From Balamuthia mandrillaris (taxonomy: Eukaryota), in assembly GCA_031835245.2 (NCBI GenBank), contig JAVKOQ020000078.1, positions 62,001 to 126,000 on the forward strand: a stretch of DNA of 64,000 nucleotides, read 5' to 3'. Positions 12,935 through 24,482 of the stretch are shown one piece after another. Both the position numbers and the translations under genes were made by a program. Positions within the stretch are counted from its first letter, which is position 1. Every line of letters begins with the position of its first letter. The notes under the pieces were generated by a model. The model ran no database searches, was not told the DNA's origin, and saw only the letters and a list, made by a program, of their open reading frames with translations.

Positions 12935-13325
12935 TTAGCATTCGGTTCTGCCAAGGTTACGGTTCACACAGACGCCGTCCTGGCAGAGGCAATCCTCGGG
13001 GGTGTAGGCAGCCTGGCAGTCAAAGATATCGGTGCATACCTCTGGAGGGGAGCACGCCTTGAGTTGAGAAAAGATAAGGTGAGACACCAGTGCTAAAACA
13101 ATGAAAGAACAATGTGAGAAGGATACACACAGTGATACTGTTTCTGTTGAGGCAGGTGTGAGGGTGACACACAGGGGCGGGCACACAGTCGTTGTCCGAG
13201 CTGCAGCGCAGGGCGCAACGTCCGTTCACGTCTCCTCCATCATCATCATCGCACCAGTGGTAACGTCCAGCACTGGCCAGGCCAAGCAAGGCCACAATCA
13301 CGGCTGCGTAGAGTAAAACCTTCAT
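12935..13325 (-). CDS. Small secreted cysteine-rich protein, 2 exons
   Basis: Signal peptide MKVLLYAAVIVALLGLASA, then CSSDNDCVPAPVCHPHTCLN|ACSPPEVCTDIFDC...CLCQDGVC across one GT-AG intron. Confidence 0.7.
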
Positions 13326-14239
13326 GACGCGGTTGTCTGGTAACAAGGGATAAATATGGTCTCTGGTGGAAGAGTCTATTGTTGTTGGTGTTTAGTGGTT
13401 GTTGTTGTTGTTAGAAGAAGTGCCACTGTAAATGATTGTCCTTTTTATAGTTGGCATCCACAAAAGCATCAACAAAAGGCCCCTCCTAGATAATCGGCAG
13501 AGAATCCGCAGGCACAGCACGGGTTGGATGTCCTCCCCAATACAATTTCGGGAGCGGTTTGGCGGGTCCTCCCACATATCTCCCTGCTTGCGCTGGCCCA
13601 CCGCGCGCTGATTGGTTGCATCTCCCAAAGGTGCATGCGGGTACCGGGTAAACCACCCCGTTCCCTCCAAACCTCCGCCAGATTTCTCTCTGCAACACAT
13701 TGCCACGCCAAACGTGCTGTCGGGCGTGGCCATCAAGCTGCTGTCACACGTGTATAACCCTATCGAAAGCATAGCAGAAGAGCGGGAGAACAGAAGTAGA
13801 GGAGAAGCAGAGAGAGAGAGAGAGAGAGAGAGACAGAATGGAAGAGTGAGAGTGAGTAAGCGAACAAGAGATGAGAGGAGAGCAGGGAGGAAGGGAGCAA
13901 CAAAGAGAAGTACGAGCAAGAGAACTTTGACAAAAATGCGAGATGCAAATAGTAAATAAATAAAAAATAAATAAGTACAATAATGGGGAATGCAAGGTTC
14001 AAACGTAATAACGAGCGCTATAAGAAGCCGTGGCGTTGTTGAAGTGCTATCCACTTTAAATTAGTTTGGAGGGCGCACCACTTCTTACCTGTTGTTGCTG
14101 CGTGACGGTAATAAAGTGCAGGTTATGCCTCTTGCTTGCTTTCTATTTTTTTTGATTCATTGTTTGCGTTCTTTTTTGTTGACTGTCTCTTGGTGCTTGC
14201 GTCTGGTGATCTCAAAGACGTGGCTGTTGATGGCTCTGT

Positions 14240-15857
14240 TCAGCTTTGCAAAAAGGGGGTGGCAACCTTGAGGAACTCTTCCGGGTGGGTGAAATGCAAC
14301 CAGTGGCCGGCTCCCTCGATGGGAAGAATCCGGGCGTTGGGGAACATCTGGAAAATGTCCCTGTAAACATTCGGCGTGATGTAGTTGCTGTTACTTCCGC
14401 CCACAAACAAGGTTTCTCCGTGAAATGGAGGCAGCACTTCCGTCTCCCAACGATGAGGAGGTGAAAGTTTGTTGAGAGAAGCCCCATTAGGGTGGTAGTG
14501 GTGGTGACTAAGGCCGTTGCCGGTGGTGCCGCCGTTGGAGAGGCCGTTGTTGGGGGAGTATTTGAGGTGGTAAAAGTCTCTGACGTCGACTAGGAACTTT
14601 TCGATGGTGTCCACGTTGATTCGCCAACTCCAAACTTTACTCAATTCGTCTCGCACCAAGTTCGTCATCAAGAAGCCTCTTGTTGTGGCATCCTGTTTAA
14701 TGGTTACGAAGTAAAACATGAAAGTAAGGATAAAAGAGAATAACGAAAATAATAAAAGACAAAAGGAACGAAAGTTCAAGAGATAACATACCGGTACGTG
14801 AAGTTTCATCACTTCTTCTATTTGTGAGCGAGAGTACAGTGGGTTCAACGGAATGGTCTTCATCATGTAGACATAGTCCTCAAACAGTCTTGCTGGAGCG
14901 TATGCAACGGGAGCCACATCTACCACCACAAGCTTATCCACAAGCTCAGGATACCTAGACGCCAGTCCCATGGCCACTTTGCCGCCCTGACATTGTATGA
15001 CATCCAAACAGTTGTCAGGTTTGTAATTGTGGAAGGTAGGAATGAGAAGAGAGACAGAGTTTAAGGGGAGGAGAAGGATTGTACCATACTGTGACCCATT
15101 ACCGAGACCTTCTTCAAATCCTTATTTCTCAGGATAAGTGCTCGCACATCCTCCACCATGTCGCTATAATACATCGTCTCGGTGTGAGGGCTCCTTCCAT
15201 GGTTTCTCAGGTCCACCAGATGGCAGTCATACTTAAGGCTATAGCTAAATCGTTTGCCTATGTTACGCCAGTTCATGCCGCTCTACAGAGTCAAAAAAGA
15301 TCGATAGAAGAATGAGACAAAGTCCTTTGCAATGGCCTCGTGAAACTCACTCAAACAAATAAAGGACTAAACGTACGCCAAAGAGGCCGTGCAGAATGAG
15401 CAATGCAGAGGAAGGATCTCTCGCCTTAAGCCGCGATGACACAATCGTATATTCCAGGTCAACAACCGGCATCATTGTTGTGGCTGTTGTTGCCGTCGTT
15501 TGGGGGAGTGGCTGCAACATCGAAGAAAGAGTTGCATCCCTTTGTTGTTTCGTTTTGAAGGAGCAGAAAAGAGTACGAGTCAGTAACGTGGAACAAGAAG
15601 AAAGTTGAGAGAAAAAACATGAGAGGCACGTACACTGTGGCGTCCAACGGAGGTTCATGGAAGGACGGGACGGCTTCAGCCATGGCCGCTGTAGAGAAGG
15701 ATCGGTGCTCCTCTTTGGTGAAAAAACGGGGCCTGGCGATTCGTGTAACCGCAACGGAGCCATAACGCTGATGAGTTGGTCGTAACTTGGAGTAACGGAG
15801 CAGGCGCCAAGCTCCATTACTTCTTATTGCAGTTGCGGTGGTCGTTGTGAGGTTCAT
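14240..15857 (-). CDS. Alpha/beta hydrolase, ABHD11/YbfF-like esterase
   Basis: Motifs ILHGLFG, DLRNHGRSP, GHSM|GGK (nucleophile elbow across an intron), VVDVAP, FLMTNL and AGHWLH. Confidence 0.9.
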
Positions 15858-16265
15858 ATTTTTTTTTCGTTTTTGAAGAAGACGTTTAAAAGGACGACGT
15901 TCCTCTCACAAAGTATGTACTACTCCGTCTGAGAGTTTCCAACCACAGAAGAAATTCTATTCTTATAAAAACCGAGCTTGTAGGGCTACCCAACCAAAGC
16001 ACTTGTTGTTGCAGGGTCCGCGGCAGGAGCAGGAGCAGGAGCAGGAACAGGAGCACTGGTGCTACTGAATTTATGTGCGCGTTGTTGCCTTGCTGTTATT
16101 TTTATTATACGAGGACCACCACTGCACAACTTTTAAGGCTGCAAAGTCGCCCTACTTTTCTTTCTTTGTATTTTCTTTCCCTTTGGGGGCAAAGCACAAG
16201 CACAGGTGCCACCCTTACTTTTTGGGTGTAATTTCTCCCTCCCAAAAAACATTTTTTTCCTCTAA

Positions 16266-17189
16266 AAGGGAACATTTCAGCAGGCCAACAAAAGGAAACC
16301 GAAGCAAAAGCGGACGCGAAATCCTCACGTTAAGCACGTCGACCCCCTCTTCGATCCCGTGGCGGACGCTTTCGAGGGCTTGGAGCTGGACGACAGAGGG
16401 CGCTTGAAGAGGACCTGTACCCTGCACAAGGATAAGCGGCAGCATTTTTGGCTTTGCGTGCCGATCCCCATCCAACAGCATGAACGGGCTCCCGAAAACC
16501 AAGGGAGCATCGTGGCCTTGGATCCAGGGGTTCGCACCTTCCTGTGTGGATACAGTCCTACCGAAGGGGCGGTGAGGGAGTTTGGGCGCAACGACTTTGG
16601 CCGCATCTGGCGTCTCGGGAAACACGCGGACGCCTTGCAGTCCAAAATCGACCGCTCCCCACCGAGCCGCCGCAAGAGAAAACTCCGTGCTCTGCTGAAG
16701 CTGCGCAAGAGGATCACCAACATGGTCGACGATTTTCACCGCAAGACGGCCCTCTTCCTGTGCCGCCGCTACGATCATGTCATCATCCCCACCTTTGGTG
16801 TAAAGGGCATGACTGCCATCCGGGGGAGACGGCGGAGGAAGATCGGCAAAAAGACGGCCAGGATGCTCTACTCCTGGGGCCATTACCGATTCCGCCAGTG
16901 GCTGATGCACAAGGCGAGGGAATGGGGCACCAGGGTCTACGTTCGATCGGAGGCTTGGACCAGTAAGACTTGCACCTGGTGCCTCCGTGTGACCCACGAA
17001 CAGAAACAACACAATCGACGAGAGCGGATCTTCGAGTGCAAACACAGGGACTGTGGGATACGACTGGATCGCGACATAAATGGAGCGCGCAACATACTCC
17101 TCCGGAGCCTCTGTTGCGCAGCGTTGCCCGATGGAGCCAATGGGGGCGTGCTGGTGGGAAAGTGGATGGGCGCTTCTGAAGCCCTCTAG
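16266..17189 (+). mobile_element. Fanzor2 / IS607-TnpB-like RNA-guided RuvC nuclease ORF, intronless and apparently N-terminally shortened
   Basis: IVALDPGVRTF (RuvC-I D, 16521), HVIIP (Pro at the canonical RuvC-II Glu position, 16788), SEAWTSKTCTWC (alternative Glu at 16950 plus Zn ribbon) and CKHRDCG..LDRDINGARNILLR (RuvC-III D, 17073). The frame is open from 16266 and has no in-frame ATG before RuvC-I. Confidence 0.93.
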
Positions 17190-17250
17190 TCCACCCCATC
17201 ACCACATCCTCGCAAGAACTTTCATTTTGTGAGTTTACTCACTTGTGTGA
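17140..17250 (+). ncRNA. Putative Fanzor omega-RNA scaffold overlapping the ORF stop codon
   Basis: Long imperfect hairpin at 17148-17205 (TGGTGGG/CCCATCA, GTGGA/TCCAC, GCTT/AAGC). Second hairpin CTCGCAAGA/TTTTGTGAG at 17209-17233. The position matches where TnpB/Fanzor guide RNAs are encoded. Boundaries are approximate. Confidence 0.6.
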
Positions 17251-17405
17251 CTTTTAATCCATCAGCAAAAGTGGGTTTTTTTCGGCAACACGAAAGAACA
17301 ACAACGTTACGTCATTCTTGTCGACGCACAGGCAGACGTCAGCCAGAGAGAAGGGCGAAACGGACGGCTTCAGCCATGCCCTCCGCTGTAGCGAAGGATC
17401 GGTGC

Positions 17406-18311
17406 TCAGAGACCCAACATGGTGCGCACTTGGTCTGGCTTGTAGTGGAGGATGGTGGGGTGGTCGTCGTATTTGTTGCGAGGATCCACGATGGCCTCGT
17501 AGAGGGTTTCATAGACATTCACGATTACTTGACCGACACGATCTTTGGCTGTTCTACGAAGAATGGTATCCACAAGTCGGTCGCATTGTGGCATGATGAG
17601 CGCCTCCAACTCGAACAAAGCCCTCTCGAATGAGCGCATCGCTGTGCCTACTGCCCTCGAGTCCATGGATGGTTCTTTCGAGAGCGGACGCTTTTGTTGG
17701 TGAATATTAAAGGATGAAGAAATGTTAAGAAGATCGAGGAGAGAGAGAGAGAGTACCTCCGAAGTTCTATTTTGGAGAATATGAAGCTTTTCTACGAGAT
17801 TGCAATGCCGCAGAAAGATGGCCGTCTGAAGTTAGTTGTTGTTTTAAGGTTTGTTTAAGGTATTAGTTCATGAAGTAAAGGAGCGAAAGAGCGCATAAAA
17901 TATCGATACCTCTTCTTGAACCAAAGTATCCATATGGGAGTCTATATGCAAGCCAAGTGCTTCGGCCCTCTCTGATGTAAACTCATACGCTGCCACTGTG
18001 TTCTTTAGGCCGAAGTCATCAACACAAACAACTAAAGCAGATACAATGGAAGAGAGGGAGAGGAGAGAGACAAGGTAAAACCAGAGAGCAAACCTTCATG
18101 ACGCTAAGGCAGTTGATAAGATATACAGCCATGTCAGGAGCATTAAGGACGGTGGCATTAACAGTACACATGTGCACTAAAGGATCGATTACAGAAGCTA
18201 CCACTGGAGCAAACTCGCGCTCTCGCTCATCAGAAGGTACCAAGGATTCATCAAAAGTTGCCATGATTTCCATCTGAACAAAATAGAAACGAATGAGTTA
18301 CGAGAGAGAGT

Positions 18312-18354
<43 letters not shown>

Positions 18355-20485
18355 ATAGGAAGAAGAAAAAGAGAAGAAAGTATACCAGACGGCTCATTGC
18401 TTCATGAACAGCGTGTGGAGGAGCTAGATCGGGAGGAGGCCGCTGGAAGAGAGTATATTTGTTATTTACTTGGAATGGGAGCAGCAGCAGCAAAAGAAGA
18501 TGAAAGGAGGAGCAGGAGCAGAAGAAGAACAATAACAGCAACTAACTAAACGAAGAGCAAGGAGAACAAGAAGACTACAAACTGTTATGCTTGCCATGAG
18601 CTTCTCCGAATGTTGCTTGATTAGATTATAGAATAGCTTCAATGTTTCGTCTCTACAACTAAAGTCAAGCCTGTTAATAAAAACTGCACAAAAATAATGC
18701 AAAGAAGCAGGACTTACTAATTGAAAGCATCTGTCAAAGAAGATGTCTTGCCAATTATCTTGGCTATAGTCCGAGAGTAGAAATCCAACACATTGCTTAG
18801 CCGATAGACTTGAACAATACCTGGCTGATTCTCTTCATCTAAAATATGATCCAATCGCACCTAACAAAAAAAAAAAAATAATAAAAATAAAGTAAGCAAT
18901 ACTATAAAAATAGAACGCTACGTAGGAGGATGTGGAAAAAGCGGCAACACAGACCTTGAAAGGGTGAACAAGAGCTTCAAAAATGCGACTCAGCACTTCC
19001 TTGATGTTATCGCCAACGGCTATTTGAGCAGCGTCATTCACGACTTCAAATGACTTGCGTTTTTCTCCGTTCTCTTTGTCGTTTTTATTTCTGCTCCTCC
19101 AATCCAGTAATACACGCAGCTCTGGATCACTCAGAATTCTATTTTTTGCTGCGTGCAACATATTCAGTATGAGTTTGTTATGCCGTGTACAAAAAAAAAA
19201 GCGATGAGAATCACCTTCATGACCAAACACACGATTAAGCAACTCATATTCAGAAGCGACGGCTTGATGGATCCACGCAAGCATGTCACCAACGTATCGA
19301 AGAGGATCGTGCGCATGCATTTCGATGGGTCTTGGCATGCCGCCAGGCCCTCCCACCGTTAGAGCGATGTGAAAGGCTTCCACTAGCATTTGTGAGCGAG
19401 TGGCTACTATCTCATCAAAACAATAACTGTTTTGTCATATTCATTTCACGTTTTAGTTCCACAGAACTGAGAAAAAAAAAAGAAAAACTTACTTAAGAAG
19501 AACAGGCTGCTTTTCTTTCAAAGTTACAACAGCCACAACCACCAAAGGGTCAATGTCGCTGACATCATCCTGTATGGAGTGAAACTCGTCCTTGACCCAC
19601 CGAAATAGTTTGTCGTAGGCTGATTGTTGGTGCATACTCATCAGTTCCATCACTTCAAACCTATTTTAGTTGCATCAGCGGGAGAAGAAAGAGAGAAAGA
19701 CCGAGAGGAGCACAGTGGAGAAAGCGAGAGAGAGAGATCACCCTATTTGTTGGTGAGTGCGAAGAAGAATTGGGCATTCGCTGTAGATCTGCATGACTCG
19801 TCGCAAGGCGAGGAAGAAGTCTTTGCTGATGGCAGAGGACTCGTGCAACGCAGCGTTCTCTTCCGCAGTAAGCTCAAACCGAGACAAAAAGGCATCTGCC
19901 ATGTTCTTTCGAGCAACGTTCTCGTTCCTGAGCACATTAACCAAAGTGAGAACAGTATTAGAAGAAAGGAATTTCAAGAACAAGCACAAGAAGAAGAAAG
20001 AACAGGAGAAACAATAACAACCACAACCACACAACAACCAAATAAACAGAAAAGAGTAGGCGAAGCTACCGCTTTTGTTGAAGTTGCTCCGCTTTTGCCA
20101 GCAACTGACCAGCGTTTTGTTTGGTGTGGTTGAGCCTCTGCTCCATGTTCACGCAGCAGCTTTTCATGCCGTCCACTGTCGCTTGCACCTCATCAAGATG
20201 CTGATATGCCAGAGGAATAAGTTCCTTTTGGAAAACAGAGAGGCTAAAACACAACAAACAACAACAACAAACCTGTTGCACAATCTTGAAAGCATTGAGA
20301 AAGTCGTTGTTGACGGCCAGGCTGCGTTTCTCCATCTCGCTGCGAAGGTTTCTTCGCGCGTCGGCCGTGTTGTCGTCGTACCAAGTGGACAAATACTCCA
20401 GAGAGGTGATCAGGCCGGCCTCATCCAGGTTCGTTTGGGTGACCTTGTCCAACCTCCTATTCAACGACGCTTTCATCTTCTCCAT
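17406..20485 (-). CDS. COG6: Conserved oligomeric Golgi complex subunit 6, multi-exon
   Basis: Motifs [57 protein letters not shown] and [11 protein letters not shown]. Confidence 0.93.
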
Positions 20486-20648
20486 CTCTCTCTCTCTCTC
20501 TCTCGTATTTTTTTTCTCTTATTTCAAGTGTATTTATGTCATCATGACGACATGATAATTTTCATGACGTCGTGGGATGATGTGTCGACTGAATATCGAA
20601 GCAAGATAGCGCGTGTGGAGTAATTTTTCTCACCACAAAGAAAAACAG

Positions 20649-21513
20649 ATGGAGGGACGTCGTTACATGGTACTTTGGTTCTCTCCTTCTTCTTCTTGTT
20701 CTTCTTCTTCTTCTTCTTCTTCTTCTTCTTCTTCTTCTTCTTCTTCTTCTTCTTCTTCTTCTTCTCTTGTTATCCAATTTACTGTTCTAATCTTTCACTG
20801 ATGATTGCGATCGTGACAAAACAATAAAACTTACCCTAATAATAAAGGTCGCAGTGGATGAAAGCCAAAACTCGGAGCGAGCTTTTCGCTACGCTTTGAG
20901 GCAAACCACGGACAAGGATGAGGTCTTGGTTGTCACCACTGTGGAGAAGAAACAGGCCTTCCCTGACAAGGACGGAAAGATCCACCAGAGCTCCGTAGAG
21001 TTCTTCAACCAGGAGGCCTCTGCCGCGGCTGAGCACCTCCTCACCAAATACTCCGCCCTCTGCAAGGCCGAAAGTGTTCGTTTCTTCACTTTCTCTTCTC
21101 CCATTTTTTCTCTTCTGATCAGAAATGATCGAAAAAAAAATACAGAAAACCTGCAGTTTTGCGAAAATCCCAATCTTGCAGGCCCGCAGCGCTGGTACCA
21201 TCGGGGAGGCCATTTGCTCAGTGGCCGAAACGAATAAGATAGACACATTGTTCCTTGGGTCCAGGGGAATGGACGGCTTCAAACGGTTTCGTTTTTTTCC
21301 CCCTGTTATATTTTTTCTCCCTTGCTTTCCATTTTCTCTTACCCATCCCTTCTTCCTTCTTCCTTCTTTTTTTCCCTTCTCTCTTCATTCTTGGTCGTTT
21401 TAAAAAACAGGATGATGTTGGGATCTGTGTCATCGTACTGTGTTCACAACTGCCATTGCACCACCACTGTGGTGAAGACGGACGTTGTAGAGCCTAAGAA
21501 GGAGAACAACTAA
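20649..21513 (+). CDS. Universal stress protein (UspA domain), 4 exons
   Basis: MEGRRYM|VAVDESQNSERAF, IGEAICSVA, LFLGSRGMDGFKR|MMLGSVSSYCVHNCHCTTTVVK. Confidence 0.9.
20686..20765. repeat. (TTC)n trinucleotide microsatellite in Usp intron 1
   Basis: Directly visible tandem TTC run of about 80 bp. Confidence 0.95.
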
Positions 21514-21611
21514 AGATCTTTTTTTCATCCTCTAAAGTCTGACTCTTTTGTTGCTGTAAAAGGGCAGAGAGAAGCTCGTCCTATGTACAGAGATGATGTT
21601 GATGTTTCTAT

Positions 21612-23511
21612 TTACTGGTCTAGGGGACGCAGATAGCTTGTAGGGAGCCAACCAGCGCCTTGGCCGTGAAGCAGCTCCACGTGCCACCATTCCCCTTCGG
21701 CCTCGCCTAAAAGCTTGGCGATATCTCCTTGCTTTGCGCTCACTTCTTCCGCTTTCTCCGCCACAAAATCAAACAGCACTTCTGCGTACCGTTCTCTGTT
21801 TTATTGGGTAAGCGATAACAATTTTGGAGGGGAGGAGAGAAGAGAGAGTGAGAGAGAGAGAGAGAGAGAACAAACCCAGCAGCCGAAGTAACATCCCAAG
21901 CTCTCTCTGTATAGTGTTGATCTTCCCCTCCTCCTTCATGCGGCTGTGTGGCATCTTCGATGCCCTGCTCCTGTTCCTCCCCCTCCCCTACTTGTGCGAC
22001 TTCTCCTTCGTTCCATTCTTGATACTCCCCTTCACCATAATCACCGTAATCATCGTATCCATACGCTGTTGCATGTTGTTCGTCTTGGTAGTGCTGTTGT
22101 TGGTGCTGTGCTACCTCCGCCTCCACAGAATGAAGCTGGTGCTTAACCTTGTCATAAGCTTTTTGAAACTTGGCGATGACTTGATCCATGCTTTCCACCT
22201 CCGACTTGGCCTGCTTCTGAGCAACAGGATCGGCTGCGTAGAAAGCAATCAACTTTTGTAGCCCTTCTCTAGACTGTTTCTTCTTTCTCAGCTTCTCCTC
22301 CAGCTCTCCCAACTGAAGGGAGAGGCGACGATGCTTCTCCTCTGGGTCAAGCGTGCGCAGCTCGCTTTCGCTCAGGCCGTATTCCTTCTCGATGCTGCTG
22401 ACGCTGTTGCCGCTGATGCTGGGTTTACGATAGGAGGGCACACCAGAGGAAGAAGAATTGGGAGAAAATGGAGGAGAAGTGGTGGATGTGGAAGAGGAAG
22501 TAGAAGATTTGGAAGAACCCTTCTTTTTGGAGGGAGAAAAGGCGCTGTTGGAAGCAAGGCAGACGTTACAGTCGTCACATACTCGTTGAATGGCATTGAC
22601 AGGGCCTATGTTGTGTAGCATGCAGCGATGAGTGGAACATTTCTTGCATACGACCCGCCCGCATACGCGGCAGTGATGCTGAAGAACCACGATGGGGGTT
22701 AGTTCATGTTGTGTGGTAATGAGCTAATCCAGAAAAAGCAAGGTTTCCCTACCCTGCGAAAGAACGTTGTAAATAGAAGGCCACATATAACGCAGCTATT
22801 CATAGGAAATTGGTCAACAATAGTTAGCTGAGAAAGAAGAAAAGAACGAAACACAAGAAAGCAAAAGCAAAGGAAACCAAGAAACAACAAGAGGTGTGGC
22901 AGGAAGGGAAAAACTCACGAGGTAACGTCTTCATCAGGCACCCAATGATTCCTCTCATCAAATCGAACGTTGTTGAATGGCCGAAAGGCAGTGACATACT
23001 CCAAGATAGCCTCTGGCCCGCTCTTCACCACCGCATAGGGTAAGTTAAACGGCTGTCCGGAACCAGCACTGAAGTGTTGCAAGCAGGAAAGCTGCTTGGG
23101 CAAGTCTGGAGGCAGTTCTCTAATAAACGAATTTTGAGAGAGGGACAGAGTCTGCAGCTTGGTGAGGTTGCAAATGGCATCGGCAGCTGGAAAGCCAGCA
23201 AACTGGTTGTTATCCAGGGTGAGGGTCTCCAGGTTGGTGAGGGCACCCAGCTCAGAGGGGAGGTGGTTGAGGCGGTTGTTGCTGAGGTGGAGAGTTTTGA
23301 GGGAGATGAGGGAGCCTATGCTAGTGGGCAGCTCTGTCAGTTGGTTGTCGTCCAAGGAGAGCACCTCGAGGTTGAGCAGTAGGCCTATCGATTGGGGCAG
23401 GCTCGTCAGTTGGTTTTTGTCTAACTAGTTTGTTTGTTACGTGAAAAAGAGAGGAAGAAATGAAAGTGGTTGAGTGAGACAAAACATTACGGGAACGCAG
23501 GAGGCAGCGAG

Positions 23512-23559
<48 letters not shown>

Positions 23560-23872
23560 AGGGAGCCAGTACTTCCAGTCGCTGCAGTAGGAGCAGCTGG
23601 CCAATTTCTTTGGGAAGAGAAGTGATCTTGTTGTCATAGAGGTGAAGTCTTTCGAGTTTGGTGAGGTAGTGCACCTCGGGTGGCAACTTGCTCAATTTGT
23701 TCTTTTGCAGGCTGAGGGTTTTGGCGTTGGGCAGATATCCGCTCTTGCTCACCTCAAACAGGGTTTCGGGGATGGCCTCGAGGCCCAGGTTCTCCAGGTT
23801 GATGCCCTCCCTCTGGCTGGACATTACCTCATTGATTATGTTGTTCGCTTTCGTTACATTGTCCTTTTGCAT
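21612..23872 (-). CDS. LRR - FYVE - coiled coil (HR1-like) - SH3 protein
   Basis: LxxLxLxxNxL repeats. FYVE motif WVPDE...CVICG..FTTFFRR|HHCRVCGRVVCKKCS...RVCDDC. SH3 EVLFDFVAEKAEEVSAKQGD...EWW...GWLPTSYL. Confidence 0.88.
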
Positions 23873-24482
23873 GGCTGGTACCGTTTTTATTTTTTATTTA
23901 ATCGTCGCCGTGGTTCTTGAGCGTCGTGGCGGCCAGTTCCAATCCAATCAAACTCAACGTTGAGCGCTTTCTTTTTTGATGAAAGAGTAAAAGTCACGGA
24001 GGTCACCCTCTCCCCAAAGATGTTTTTCCAAAAAAAAAACGGCAGGTCCACTCTTGTCTTCCTCGTCCTTTTTTCTTTTGCTTTTTATGCTTCCGGGCCG
24101 GTTGGTAGCGCGAGGAAAACCTTTCCGTCCTACGTCAGCGGGTGGGAATTTTTTAGGTGCTGTCTACACAAATACTTGCGCATTTTCGATTGTGGGAGCT
24201 TGGGTCTCCGCTTTCTTTCTTTTTTCTCTTTGCGTGGGGGGGTGGTTTTCGCTGCACTCTTTTCTCACTTTTATTCGTTTTCTGTTTTGCATACACACAC
24301 ACACATACCCCTCTGTACATTTTGTAGTATACTTTACTTTTGTGTGGTGTTGTTTTTCTTTTTCCCTCACCTTTTTTTTTTTGTTGCTGAGTGAAGCGTC
24401 TATCGCTAGTTTTATTTATTTATTTGTACACACGCACCGAGTTTTACTTGCTCAGAAATCCAATCTCGCTTCAAAAGAAAAA

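Noticed and set aside
16023..16054. (CAGGAG)n tandem upstream of the Fanzor ORF as an IS607-like left-end repeat
   Set aside because: Simple repeats are abundant in this window, and no matching copy was seen at the right end.
16215..17205. Long antisense ORFs over the Fanzor gene
   Set aside because: No recognisable motifs. Shadow ORFs are expected in GC-rich coding DNA.
20562..20777. Poly-Arg ORF
   Set aside because: It is the translation of the intronic (TTC)n microsatellite.
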